A DNA stretch of 64,000 bases from Selaginella moellendorffii. Lineage: Eukaryota > Plantae > Lycopodiophyta. The notes under the pieces are model-generated. The model ran no database searches. It saw only the letters and a program-made list of their open reading frames with translations, and was not told the origin of the DNA. A program made the translations under genes and the position numbers. The stretch's first letter is position 1. Each line of letters starts with the position of its first letter. Positions 12,921-25,304 of the stretch are shown here, in pieces. The stretch is from NCBI RefSeq assembly GCF_000143415.4, contig NW_003314381.1, forward strand, positions 124,001 to 188,000, written 5' to 3'.

Positions 12921-15900
12921 TTAGCACCACGAAGTCTAGCAAAAAAAGAGAGAGAACTGCGTTAGAAATTTCCACAGCTTACTTGGAGACTGGCAAGCAT
13001 CTTCAGAGCCGCGTCTATCTTTGCAGACTTCCTCGGCTTCTCCTGCGAAGTTTCCACAAGTGATTCTTCTCCAAAAGTCACCCTTACTTCAGTTGTGGTC
13101 GCCTCTGTCCGGAAGAAACTGACTTTCATGCCTTTTCTCGCGCAAAGCTCCATAAGAATGCGCACAGGATGGAAACGTAGCGTCGCTGGAGTGACCAAAG
13201 GCGATAACAAAGGCAGCACCACTCTCCACAACTTCTCCAAATCGAAGTTAGTGTCCACAAAGATGGCACCGGTTATGCTTTCAAGTAAGTCTCCAAGCAC
13301 CTGAGAAAAGAGAGGCCAGAATGTAGAGACGACAACCGGAATATGTTTACGTACCTTTGGGGACGACAAGTCGTCGAAGCATGAAGCGTCTGGTTTTTCC
13401 TTCACGTTTTGCACGAACTTTCGGATCTCGCAGTCAAGTTCCACCGAGCCATGCTGAAGATGCTGATGTAAGCCGTGCCTCACAACCAGCCGAGCAAACC
13501 ATTTGTTGTTCACGGCTGCAGACCGCAAGTCTGTGAGTGTTCCTGGAGGTAATCCTGGATGAGTCTCGAAGAGGTGGCGGGATACAAGGAAGTCCAGGAC
13601 GCCATCGCCAAGGAACTCTAGCCTCTGTATTTGTTTTCGATTAGAAAAAAAGCCCAGCTGATAAACCAAGGAACTTACCTGATAGCAGAGCAAGCAGTTC
13701 GGTTGAGATGCGTGAGTTATAGCTTCCACCAAGAGGCTCCTGTTTTGAAATTTATACTGCAGCTTATGCTCTAAAGACTCCAACGAGGCCTGGAGATGTT
13801 GAAACGATTCAGCCGGCAGGGAAGCTTGGCGAGCCGAGGCAAGCAAGCCTATGTCGAATTCTATGTCAATGCCGAGCTGTTTCATAAGCTCCATGGCGCT
13901 CGGAGGTCCAGACGTGGCCAAGTATGCACCGATAAGGGCCTCTACAACGTCGGCGAGAGCTTTCCTTCGAATCCCCCGATGGCCGTTGGCACACGATGAA
14001 AAATAATTTTCCTCGTTTTCATAGCTCCCCTGCTGGTGCCTACATTTTGATGAATCAGAGGTAAGCATGCCCGGGCCAGTCCAGTTGGAAGGATTGAATT
14101 CTTCGTCGCGTATGTATTCCTGCAAGGCAACGTTGAACATTTACACTACAGGAAGAAAGATCGCGCATACCGCAATGCCAGATGATTTTGCCAACTGATG
14201 TAGCGCTGCATTACAAGTAGCGCGAGACCTTCTCGCACTGAGCTGGCCTTCGTGTTTCTTATCGTAGACCAGGAACAGCTTTTGAGTCACGACGTATTTG
14301 AGAAACGAGTCCCCTAGAAGCTCCAAACTCTCATATGAGAACTCTTCGTGACATTTTTTGCTGGTAATTGCTTCGAGGATCTGGAAAACCATCTCACCAC
14401 TAAGATTCATTTTCAAGGATAAAGATGAATACCTTCGCTGCAGGAATCCATGGCCACAGTGGTGAGCGCAACTGTATGGCACAGACGGTCGAAGTAAACT
14501 GGTGAAGAAACGAAGGGACGAAGTATAACGATCGAATTAGTCCGGACTTAATCTCTAGGCACAGGCACAACTCAGGTGGTAGCTCTACAAAACTTTCTTC
14601 TTGTCTAGAACCTGCAACATAAACTCCGACACTATAAATTGTAATTTCTAAGCAAATATCGAGTTTTCACCATGATCTTCCTTGGGTCTTATGAGGAGAT
14701 TATGAAAAGCATGCGTTGGCTTGGCTTTCAGCAATGGCTGATCTGGAAGCCGTAACGTCCTTTGATACCTGCAAAAACGTGAGCTTGGTGAGAGAAGGTA
14801 GGCACAGGCTGCGATAGACGCTCACTTGTCTTTGTAATAATCTATGTACGTGAAGCCCCTCTTCGGTAGTAGTGATGCCGCAGTAAAATTCTCTAGAACC
14901 CCTGTGACACAGAAAAGCCTGCCATTGTGCACGGTAGCTACGACCATGTCCTGGAGCGCAGAAGAATGTACGTAGCCATTAGCAGTGCAGAGCATGTCCG
15001 CGTGCGTCTTCTCCCCCACACCATCCCCATCTATTGGAGAAGATGGTGAGAAATTACTACAAAGTGTCCTGTATACCCCCGCAGTCGCATGAACACTCGT
15101 CCAATCAATACTGTCGTTGTCATCATGCACAGGTAGCAGAAGAAACGCTTGAGATTTGTTCCAGAGGATTTCTTGAGGACTTCCCGAGCAGCGTGCCAAA
15201 CGGTTGAAAGCTCCGTTGAGCAGTAGCTCTTGATATGCCTTGGCTGCCTTTACCTGTATCAGAAGAAAGACGTGCCTTTATCAATCGTGTCTCCTATTCT
15301 TAATGAACAAAATCCTTCGTACCTGATTGGCATCCAGCTGAATTGGCCCGACGCGATGCACTCTAGCGTTGACAACTCTATTTCTTGAGAACAGGGTCAC
15401 TTCAGAATCGGTTACTTCTGCGTCAATGACGCAATTTACCAGAAATCCAAAGTTCGAGTATGTTCGTGATTCAGGTGGCTCAATCACGAAGCAGATTTTA
15501 TAAAATTGCAACTGCACCTCTGACTCGTTAAACACCCAGCTTCCCTCGAAAATGAGTGGCTTTGCAGTCGAGAAGATCTCCTTGCGTTTTCCTGCAATCC
15601 GCGCGTCATTAATGGCCAAGCAAACTTAATAGAATAGTCGAATACCTGATTCATTCTTCCGCATCGACTGGTCTTCTTCATCGAAATCGTCAACATCTGG
15701 GCAAAGCGTGTCAGGTCTAACTTCTCCCATGTCATAAAGTTTCCGGCAAGCTTGCAAACACGCTGCTTTTTTCGCGAGCTGTTCTGTACGTCTCAGAGGA
15801 CCTTCTACTGAACGCAGAGGAGCGTTGGGTGGAAATTCCACAGTGCAGACGAACGAATCTTTGAACGAAAACTTTGGTTTTGCATTGTAGTACCTGCGGC

Positions 15901-16980
15901 ACAGAAGATAAGCATAAGAGAGATAGACGAAAGAAATACCTGTCACCAAGACGAGCACAATACTCGTGAATGAAGCTCACGCTGTCCTGCGAACTTTTAC
16001 AAGCACCTGATTCCACACGGAAAAACTCCAGGTCACCTTCTGGAGGTGCCTCTCTCGTAATATCCATATAATTTCGGAAGATTACTTGATCTTCCACCAC
16101 TCTTTCGCTTGTACACAACTGGTTAAACAGGTTCAGCTGCTCTACATTCCCCCTGTACGTATCAGATCCATGTTTAGAATGCAATTACAAAGGACAAACT
16201 ATTTACGTTTCCAGAAGCCATACATAAGTTGATGATAATCGGTTTCGAGCACGTCCTCGGGATTGAACATGGCTTTGCAAAGTTTGGCATACGTCAAATC
16301 TGATTACACCGCAGCATGCCTGGACATCAAGACCTTCTTCTGCAACTGAGGTCGCTATTAGCAGATTAAGCTACAAGATATACAAGGAACGTCACACATA
16401 AAAAAGCGTAAGAACTACCAACCTTGCCACCTGCAAAAGAGTCTAGAACCTCCTGCTGCTGGGTTGGATTTCTTGCATCCGTATCACGCACACCAGTCAT
16501 CTAATCACAATGGAGATGAGAGAGAAACGAAAGCTGAGATATGAGCTTGGCTAAGGCCATGGCCACAATCACACGTTCCACAAAGACAATGCAACGCATG
16601 TTTGTAATGCCCCTGAAACATGATATAAGAAAAACTTCCAGGGAGGGCAAAACTAACCTCAATCTTTCAAGCACATCCAATAGTACCAGTACTTTCGGGC
16701 TTAATGTTCCTGAAGTCATTTCCTCTAAGGTCGGATAAGAGCGTGAAGATACTGATTGTGTGTTTGAATGGTTTAGACAAACAAAAACAAAAACAGAAAA
16801 GAAAAGAAAAGAGAGGTATTGAAGAAACATTTTGTAAGAAACACTCTTTCAAGCTTGTTTTCACCTCCTCCTCCTCCAATGAGACATCTGGCTTCCATTT
16901 TAAATGAAAATGGGGAGAGTACCCATGAGGCTTGCGTAAGGCCATGGTGTTCTGAAATGTTATCCCAAATGTAAGCCATA
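12921..16980 (-). pseudogene. DCL3: Dicer-like (DCL3-type) copy 1: helicase-C, DUF283, PAZ, RNase IIIa/b, dsRBD; 5'-truncated and with a nonsense codon
   Basis: RCIVFVERV, LLIATSVAEEGLDV, VQSRGRAR, SVSFIHEYC (DUF283), ESLELLGDSFLK/KALADVVE, RLEFLGD/VLGDLLES, HPVRILMELC. In-frame TAG at 16501-16503 (LHCD*MTG). The DEAD N-terminal exons are replaced by LTR sequence beyond ~16990. DCL3 subtype is inferred from the ESLE motif and single dsRBD. Confidence 0.85.
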
Positions 16981-16999
16981 AATTTTTCCTTTCCAATTT

Positions 17000-18631
17000 G
17001 CCAACTTACCTCGTCCACCCGACCAACACTGCCTTGGCTTGTGCTAAGTTCCTTTGCCAAGGTTCTCGCCTATTGTACCAGCTCCTACTTGGTCCTATTT
17101 GGTTTCAGCTACTCACTGCACGAGTAACGGAGAGTTAGCCTTCCATCCACGGATTCCCAAATCCCTCCCAATCCCCCTCCCCGGGTTAGACTGGACTTAA
17201 GGTTCGGCTACACTCCCCGCAGGCATAAACAACCAAGCACACCAAGCCTCCAGGTTCTTAACACCCCTTGGTACAACAAGACTTGATCATGGGACCCTCT
17301 AAATCCCAAGCCTTGGGTGCAACACTTGCTTCGGGACATCAGGGTGAAACACCGTGGCCTAACAGCTCGGTATGGGTACCTCTACCCCCCCACTTCCATC
17401 CCGAAGGGAAGGCCCAAGCCCCTAGGAAGGGCGAGGACTAATGAGCCACAAGGTACTCAAGTGGGGCACCACTCCACATGAGCCGGGAGCACCGCAGTTG
17501 GTTTCCCTTTCGGGAGTGGGAGCTGCTCTTGAGCACTTCCCTGGGTGGCCCCTCCGGCACCACCCAAGCCCATGCTCACTCCCACCCAAGGCCCCTCGGC
17601 CCCAGTCTCAACCTCAAGTCAGTTTGGAAGCACCACTGGGAGTTCCTTCAAGACTCGTTCCTGGACCTCACTATCCCTACTATACTTTTGGAACCCCCTG
17701 TAGCCCGCCCCCCCCCCCCCCCCAGGAGACGCACGCTTTGGGCTTTCACCCCTTGACCCGTATTAGTATTTGGACTTAGTCTAGAATTCGATCTCGGACT
17801 CGATCTCGGACCCGACTTTGGACTCGGTCTCGGACTCGATCTCGGACTCGATCTCGGACCCGATCTCGGACTCGACTTCGGACTCAACCTCGAACTTGGT
17901 CTCGGACCCGATTTGGATCTCGGACTCTATCTCGAACTCGGTCTCAGAGTCGGTCTTGGACTCGATCTTCGACTTGGTCCCATCCGATGAACTCTTTGTC
18001 ATTTCGGTCATGCTTTCGGGGATCCTTTAGCCTCGGGGAGTCAGTTCCTTACACCAAAGTCCCAAACGGTGAAAAGGAAGAGGAGCAATCCTCTAATGCA
18101 GTGACCAAGGATACGGTCACATGGTGAGGAAGTCCCAGAGGACCTTGGGACTTAGTGGTTGGGCCTGTGGGCCTCGATCCAGTGGCAGTGTTGGCGAACA
18201 CGGCTATGGGCAGAAAGGGACTTGGTGGGGACCGAAAAAGGGATATTGGGGAAGGTTATTCCTCATGTCTGTGGGCATCCTAAGGATGCTAAGGAGTGGA
18301 TCTGGGGTGATCACTCATGGATGGATGGCCCAGTCTTTGAGAGACGGGATTGTGATGTAGGTGGGGTCAGGCCACTGGTATGACTAAGGTGAATGGGCAT
18401 GGCCTTAGCGTAACAGGCTGATATGTCGGTGGTACCTTAGAGTGTCGGTCATGGGTTCGGACACGTGGAGCACTTGGACCAAGTGCAATGGTTGAGTGGC
18501 ATAGATGCCATTCTTGGGGCTAGCAAGTCCCTTCCAAAATAGGACTTATGGAGGTTGTGAGTGAGACTCTTCCAAGTGGTTAAAGGTGTGGTTACGTGAC
18601 TAAAGTAGAATGGAAAATTTAGTCGCTTATA
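17000..18631. mobile_element. Rearranged LTR fragments related to LTR family B, with a 12-bp (tcggactcgatc) tandem array at ~17780-17970
   Basis: ~18060-18631 is the reverse complement of 29180-29750. 17670-17970 shares the poly-C module and 12-mer repeats of 30110-30640. Confidence 0.7.
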
Positions 18632-18639
18632 GTGATATT

Positions 18640-18790
18640 TGCCAAAGGCCTATCCATATAAAACATTTCATAAATGGGGATTGGATTTTATAAGTCTTAT
18701 GGTGACAAACAATAAGAAGAACAAATACATTTTAGTCACTATTGATTATGTGACTAAATGGGCAAAAGTTATACCTATGAAACACGGAAA
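18640..18790 (+). mobile_element. Ty3/gypsy (non-chromovirus, Athila/Tat-like) integrase remnant
   Basis: Translates to FHKWGLDFI...KYILVTIDYVTKWAKVIP, an integrase core motif. Confidence 0.65.
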
Positions 18791-19423
18791 TGAAGAATGT
18801 TAGGCAAGTGAAAATAGAAGTCTTCATCTTTTTGTGGCATATTTATAAACATTACATAGCTCAAGAGAATCTCGTGCCTCTCCTTGTCTGTCGCGAATGT
18901 GACTTTGGGTATTGAAAGTTACCTGTCGGCCTGTCCTTACGGACACTCTTTCATTACTGCCACGATGGTAGAAGGTCAGTATTGCTAGTTCCCTTTATCA
19001 GCCCCTCTTGTTCAAGTGTTAGTAAACTGGGCTTAGCACCTGTACTTAGCCAGATGGACATAAGGTAGGAGTTTCTAGCTGAGCATACTCTGCCTGGCCT
19101 TTAGTTCTCTTTTGCTTTGTTTTGCACTGGCTTAACAAGAACCCTCATGTATTAAGATTAGTCCCTCAATATCGCCGGATGATAGCTTACCGTGTCTGCC
19201 AAACACCTTCGCTATCATGCCCTTTGTGTTAGTCTCATTTCGGTCCCAAATGTTATTTATGGAAAGTGTTTAGATTTACTCATTTGGCATATCTACGGAA
19301 TGTAGAGATTGGCCTAAACACAATAGTGTTCGTTTCGTGTCCAAATTTGCAATCTAGCGCCATTTCATATTTAGTAAGTTTCAAGCTTGTCCTAGAGACT
19401 AACTCCTGATACTAAAGGAAGCG

Positions 19424-19523
19424 NNNNNNNNNNNNNNNNNNNNNNNNNNNNNNNNNNNNNNNNNNNNNNNNNNNNNNNNNNNNNNNNNNNNNNNNNNNNN
19501 NNNNNNNNNNNNNNNNNNNNNNN
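19424..19523. other. Assembly gap (100 N)
   Basis: N run lies at the position of the poly-G tract seen in the sister LTR (~31547-31562). Confidence 0.99.
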
Positions 19524-22500
19524 GGTTCCAAATGTATAGTAGGGATAGTGGGTAGGTCAGGCATGGCTGACTAACCTGAGGCATAGTCTAGCTCTCGCTT
19601 GCGTGCTTGTCCTTGTTCTGCGTCTGGCTTGGGTCTAAGCCCAAGTTCCATTCCATGCTAGCTGGTGGAGTATCCATGTCCTTGCGTTAGGCCACCGGTA
19701 TGCCAAAATAGCACCAGACTCCGTTTAGCTCTGTTTTGCGTGCTGGTCCTAGCATTGGGGTGCTGGTTGTTCCAAGACTGTTCCAAGTCACTTTGGGCTT
19801 CTGTCCCTTCGCTCTTTGGGCTATATGCTTGGGAGTTGCTCCGTGATCCGGTTCCATCACTCCTTGGCTCCATGCTTGGGAGTTTGGCACCGTTCCTTCG
19901 TTCAGTGGCCCAAAGCCCTAAACCTTAGGTTCCACACCACTGTCCTTTGGACACATGGCATATGACATATGGCATGTGTCACGTGGCATAAAGAGGGTTT
20001 ACGTTCCGCTTCGTGGTGTTATCCTATGGTAAATCACCATAGGATAAAGGGTCAAAACCATGTGCGTTACATTTGGTATCAGAGGATGAGTCTCAGCAAG
20101 TACTATTCAATGAGATTGGGCAACTAGTCTCATTGTATACACAGAGATGAAAACGATGATCTGAGTGGGTATACGATTGGGTGCAAAGGCTTCGCAATTG
20201 TTCCTTAGGTATAGATTTGAGGTGTACCGTTTGCACGAGTTTGCGCTTGGGCTCGTGAGTGAGGCACATTAGCACGAGTTTGCGCTTGAGCTCGTGAGTG
20301 AGGTGCATTAGCAATTCAAGGTTGCACTTTGAGTTGGCAAGATTAATGTTAGCCTATCGTTGGCTCCATGAGTTGTTCCATGTACCATGGGTGAAAGCAA
20401 ACCTCCTTGGGTTTGCTATCAATGGCAAATAGGCTGGTCCATAGCTGTTTAGCACGGCACTAGTGGATCCTTTTTAGGCATGTTTACAAGTGGATCAATC
20501 AAGACTGTAAGGATTAGTCTATTGATTCAAGTAATCATTGCCATGCTCTCTCATAAACTTTTTCTTAGATTGGATTGAAGGCAATGCGAAAGCAAGCTTG
20601 AGGTTTAGTCAAAGATAAGACCGAAAAGAGAGTTGTCAGGGACGAAGGATCAAACACGTAAATCATTTTCTTTTCTTGGAGATATGATTTGCAACGAGAT
20701 GTTAACTCATTGCTCGTGTTCATATTATGCAATCAAGAGTCCCTACCTTGATGCATCTTGGAGATGATAGTCTTACACATAGTGAGTTGTGGGATGGATA
20801 GTGGCGAAGAGCTAAACCATTTTGTCTAAGCTTGCTATTGGAAGACTTGGGTTGCAATGCTCAATTCTTTTTTGGGGAACCTTGTTATTGCTCCTTGAAT
20901 AGCTTGGTGTTGGATTAGTTTTGAGTTTAGTCAGAGAGAGAGTGGCATGAGCTTGTCCGTGTTGTGAATAAAAGTTAGTGGTGTCAAGTGTTGTAAACCT
21001 CTATCGGTGGGGTGTGGCATTTATGTTGCATTTTGTCAAATCGAGTTGACACTTGATATTCATATAAACCTTTGAAGTAATGATATGGGTTACTCATAGT
21101 GTTGCTCAATTAATGATCAAGTCATTGTGATACTTATATCATATCCATGTGATAGTGAGTAATATGTTTACAAAGTTGCTTGGGTAAATGATGATCAACC
21201 CTAAAGTGGTTGATAGTGAAGCTAGTCTACTTGCACGAAGTAGCATTATAATAGCTTTGACTGGATTTTCGATAGTGGTCCATTATGCTAAGCTTAAGTT
21301 GGTACCTTGTTTCCTTGAGGGTTTGCCATAAAGTGTTGGAAAGGGTTGTAGCATTCATTTGCTATAGCTCGTTGGTTGATCCGTTAGCACTTGGAGTAGA
21401 TTGTTGGATGAAGAAGATGTGTAGTTGGGGCATTGACATCACTAACATTTATGTTAGTGGAAGTGGCATTGTTATTTCAAGTGATGAGGAATTTTCCTTG
21501 GACATTGATTTTCCATGTCATTTTTCTTGTTAGTGTTTTGGCTTCACATTGGATTTTGAAGGTGATTGAAGAAGAGTGTTAGTGCAATGTGGATATCTGA
21601 AGATGTGGTCTTCATGATCAAACTTTAGATGTTCATTTTGCGCTTTGCGGATGTCAGTGTTGGATATCAGTTAGATGGGCAAAGATGTTCGATGCTTAAG
21701 CATATTGTTGGATCATGAGAATTTGTGTGGAGGTGAAACTATGTGAATTTGTTAGTAGAAGGAAGTTGGTTGAGTCTTAAAAGTTTACATTCCTAGACTA
21801 AGAGTCATTCTTTCTCTGGGATGGAAAATTTTCCACAAATTTTCTTAGACTTCTCCGATGGTTGATCTGTTGATCACTTTGCTCAAAAACCATTTCATTT
21901 TCGTAAGCCAATACAAACTAGTGAAGGGGTTGGAGTTAACTTCAGTTGGCTTCCTTAGTAGATAGTTTGTATGATGCGGCCTGAAAGGGATGCTAACATT
22001 TGGGGCTAAGGCAATTAAGTTGGATAGAGTCTAGAGTTGGTGTAGAAAAATGGCTATTGCACTTTTCTAAAAAGCATAACCCTTATGCCTTTCTTCTACA
22101 GCGTTATACTTGGTGGTAAGTTGCACTTTGCATTTCGTTAAGACTCTATAAGAGTAGTGAACTCTCACTGATCTTGACTTTGTCTTGGTAGCCCTGCATC
22201 TTGGTTGAGGATGGTGATGTCTAACTTAGTTGTTTGAGTTTGAGATGTTAGTACCTGTACTATAGGTTTGTTTATGAGGAGGTTGTGTACCAATATGAGT
22301 CCATCTCATGATCTTCACTTTAGTTTCGATTGAGTGTTGATCGCATAGCTAGCTTCTTCAAGACATGCTCAGAGCTAGTGGCTAAATGCATTGGTGAACT
22401 TATTGCGATTGAGTTGGATTCGAGTGGTTATTTAGTTTATGCTAGTCTATGAACCTTTATCTCGTCCATGAAGTATTATGTTCATGTTGGATAAGTATAT

Positions 22501-23158
22501 AATTTGATGACAAGAGTTGGTGTTTGGGTCTTGTGAAGGCAAGTTGAGGAGTGATTGCTAGTTGCTTTGCGACTAGTGATTATTTGTAAACTTCGTCAAG
22601 GACTGTTGACACTTGCTTTGCTTGATGATGATTTAGTAGTGATGGGCTTACTTTACTAGATGGTGTTGCGGAGGATTGTATCGTTAGACTTACATGAGTT
22701 TTTCATGTTGGTATATCGACTCTACCTCTGTTGATATCATTTGGTTACATTTAGTCTGACTCTACCTCTGTTGATATCATTTGGTTACATTTAGTCCGTA
22801 GTGTTGGATTTTATTGAGTCTTAGACGTGGTGAATCACTCCTTGATGATGTGTTATCTGTAGGTGAGTGTTGCTGAAGGATTGGTCTCAGATACTAACTA
22901 AGGTATCTTCGACTTTTGTTAGCTTGGTTGCTAGAGAGTTTTGAGTGGTGATTCACTCTTGTTTTCTTTTAACTTTGTTCTGGTGCTGATGGCATTGAAA
23001 TGATGCCATTTTTGATGTTGAGAATCAAGTGAGATGAGATATCTCTTCGTATCTCAATGAAGATAGTGTTGATGATTTGGCTATGGCTTTGTGTTATTGG
23101 CATTCGTGCATTTTCTAGTTAACAATTATATTGACGTTCTAATGAGCTAAGTGGCAAG

Positions 23159-23509
23159 TGTAAGGTCCTGAGTTTGGACTTCCCGGGAGGTCACTCAGCC
23201 CAGTACTATTCAAACCCAAGGACGCTTAACCCCAAGTATCCCAATACCCTTGACCAATTGGAAAAGGGGGTGCACTCTTGTTCATGGGCCCTTTCCCTCT
23301 ATATTTGAACCCCATGGATCGTTTCTCGAGTCGTTCCCTTTGGTTGCTTACAATCCACCACGCTTCCCTGCAAGTTCACGCCCTCGTGAACGAAAGCTGA
23401 GAGCCGTAGCTCTCCCGAGAGCCCCGTTCTCTTGACACTCTACCCCTCGGGTCGAGCCCAGCGGGAGCAAACTGGACCAGCCAGATGTCGTTCTCTTTGG
23501 TTGCTTACA
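23159..23509 (-). mobile_element. Cassandra-type TRIM (5S-rRNA-containing LTR) with most of its 5' LTR deleted
   Basis: TGTAAG...CTTACA termini and TSD GCAAG (23154-23158, 23510-23514). Full LTR at 23159-23352; only ~23 bp of the other LTR at the right end; ~135-bp non-coding internal region. Confidence 0.85.
23176..23231 (-). promoter_or_regulatory. 5S rRNA-derived Pol III internal promoter region (A box, IE, C box) inside the Cassandra LTR
   Basis: Minus strand GGTTAAGCGTCCTTGGGTTTGAATAGTACTGGGCTGAGTGACCTCCCGGGAAGTCC aligns to plant 5S GTTAAGCGTGCTTGGGCGAGAGTAGTACTAGGATGGGTGACCTCCCGGGAAGTCC. Confidence 0.88.
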
Positions 23510-25304
23510 GCAAGTTTGAGTTAATTGTGTTCTAGATGAAATTGTTTAGTAGGAGTTGAGCTTTGAGCTTTTCCTTGAAAAGTGATTTAGTCATGAACTA
23601 TACTAACTTTACGAGAGGAAAAGTTAGTGATTGATATTGAAGTAATTGAATCCTTGTTGGATTTTAGTTGGGATATATCAATCATTAGTGATTCTCCTTG
23701 TGCTTGTTACGAAGTGAGTTACGTCTTGCTCTAGATGGATTTATGGAGGATCGTTTAGTGATCACTTGTTGGGCATAGCTCCATTATGTTTAGCTTTTGG
23801 ATTGATGCAAAAATGCTCTTTATTAGCTTTGGCATTATGAAGTTTGGCTTATGGATGTGTTGAGGAAAATATTGTGGGTTGCACCATGATTTCTTTTTTA
23901 GCATTGAGGTTAGCTTCTATGAGACTCGTGATCATTATTAGGCAAAACTTAGCTATAGGCTTCTTCGAGCTTTTGGTTTCTTGAGTTTTGTGCTCATTGT
24001 TCCATTTGTTAGAAGTTGTTAGGGGGGCATTTTGGCTCATTAGCTTCAATGTTGAAGTTGGCTCTCGCATTTAGCAATTATTAGTGATGATTAACTATCA
24101 TCCAGGATAGTTGATTATCCTAATCAAAAGGTTTTGCTTGATTGTTGCTGTTACAGAATGATTCACTGTTCTTCAGGATGGTGGATTCTTTTTTAGATGA
24201 TGATTCTACTTATTTCTTTTTGATGGGATGATTAATGATCTTTCATGATGGTTAGTTGTTCTATTTGGTGGCTTATGGTTTTTCACATTACCACATGTTC
24301 TTTATAGTTTGCTTTGGATTGGTCTTTGGGTTTGAGACATCAGTAGGATGTTGCTAATACTTGCTTAACCAAATCTAGTTCCTTCATATTGTTGATTGGG
24401 ATCTATTCAGATTGGCTGGTGCAATGGTTGGCATAAACACTATATTTGTTGGTCTTGCAACATTCATTCTGTTTTGTTGATCATTGCTTGAGTTAGTTAT
24501 GATAAATTGGGATGTTATTTTTTTTGGGTGATACATTCGCGAGCATTTTGTTTTCCAGTCAATGATACTTTGTGTTCTTTGAGTTATCTTTAGTAAGTTG
24601 TTTGGCATACTGTCTACCATCTTCGGTAGTTAAGTTTCATTATTGAGTTTCCTTGATGATATACTTGCTATTGAATTTTGTTGGATGGTGACTCCTATGT
24701 TTTCCAATGATAGTGATCTTGGTGGTTCCTATCCTATAATACTAGTTTATCGGATGATAACTTACTTGGAATACTTTTGTGTTCTCATCTAAGATATATT
24801 CACTGATAATTAAGACTCTAAGATATCATTGTCTATGACTTTGATATTGTCCATCTATTGATCTTTGAGTTTGGGCCAGTATAGGCAGACTGGCTTCGGC
24901 ACTTCGTGCGCATGTTGAAATCTCTAGTCATGGGATAGTTACTGTCGATTGGTCATATAACCTGCCTCTCTATTGCTGTTCCTTATTCCGTTGAAAGGGC
25001 GTGACCGTGTAAACAACTCTAACTGCCTGTTTACAGTAATCTATCTAAACCTTACCGACAGGTTTGGTTTCTTTGCTCAGGAGGGTTGGGGCCTCTAGCT
25101 TCTCTCTTTATGTCCTTGCGGGCAGGGGCGTATCACACTTTTGTAAGTATGGTGACTCCCAGAGTAGCAAGGGTGGCTGACTCCGTTGGTCATTTCCTTG
25201 TCGGCAACAGTCAGAAGGTGTCTGAGCTGGTAGCGCATCCGTGTTAGACAAAGAGGTTGCCCCCTAACTCATTTAAATTGGTGCATTTCTCACATAGTGT
25301 GAGT

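Noticed and set aside
23176-23231. Functional 5S rRNA gene
   Set aside because: Only the internal ~56 nt match, embedded in an LTR with a TSD.
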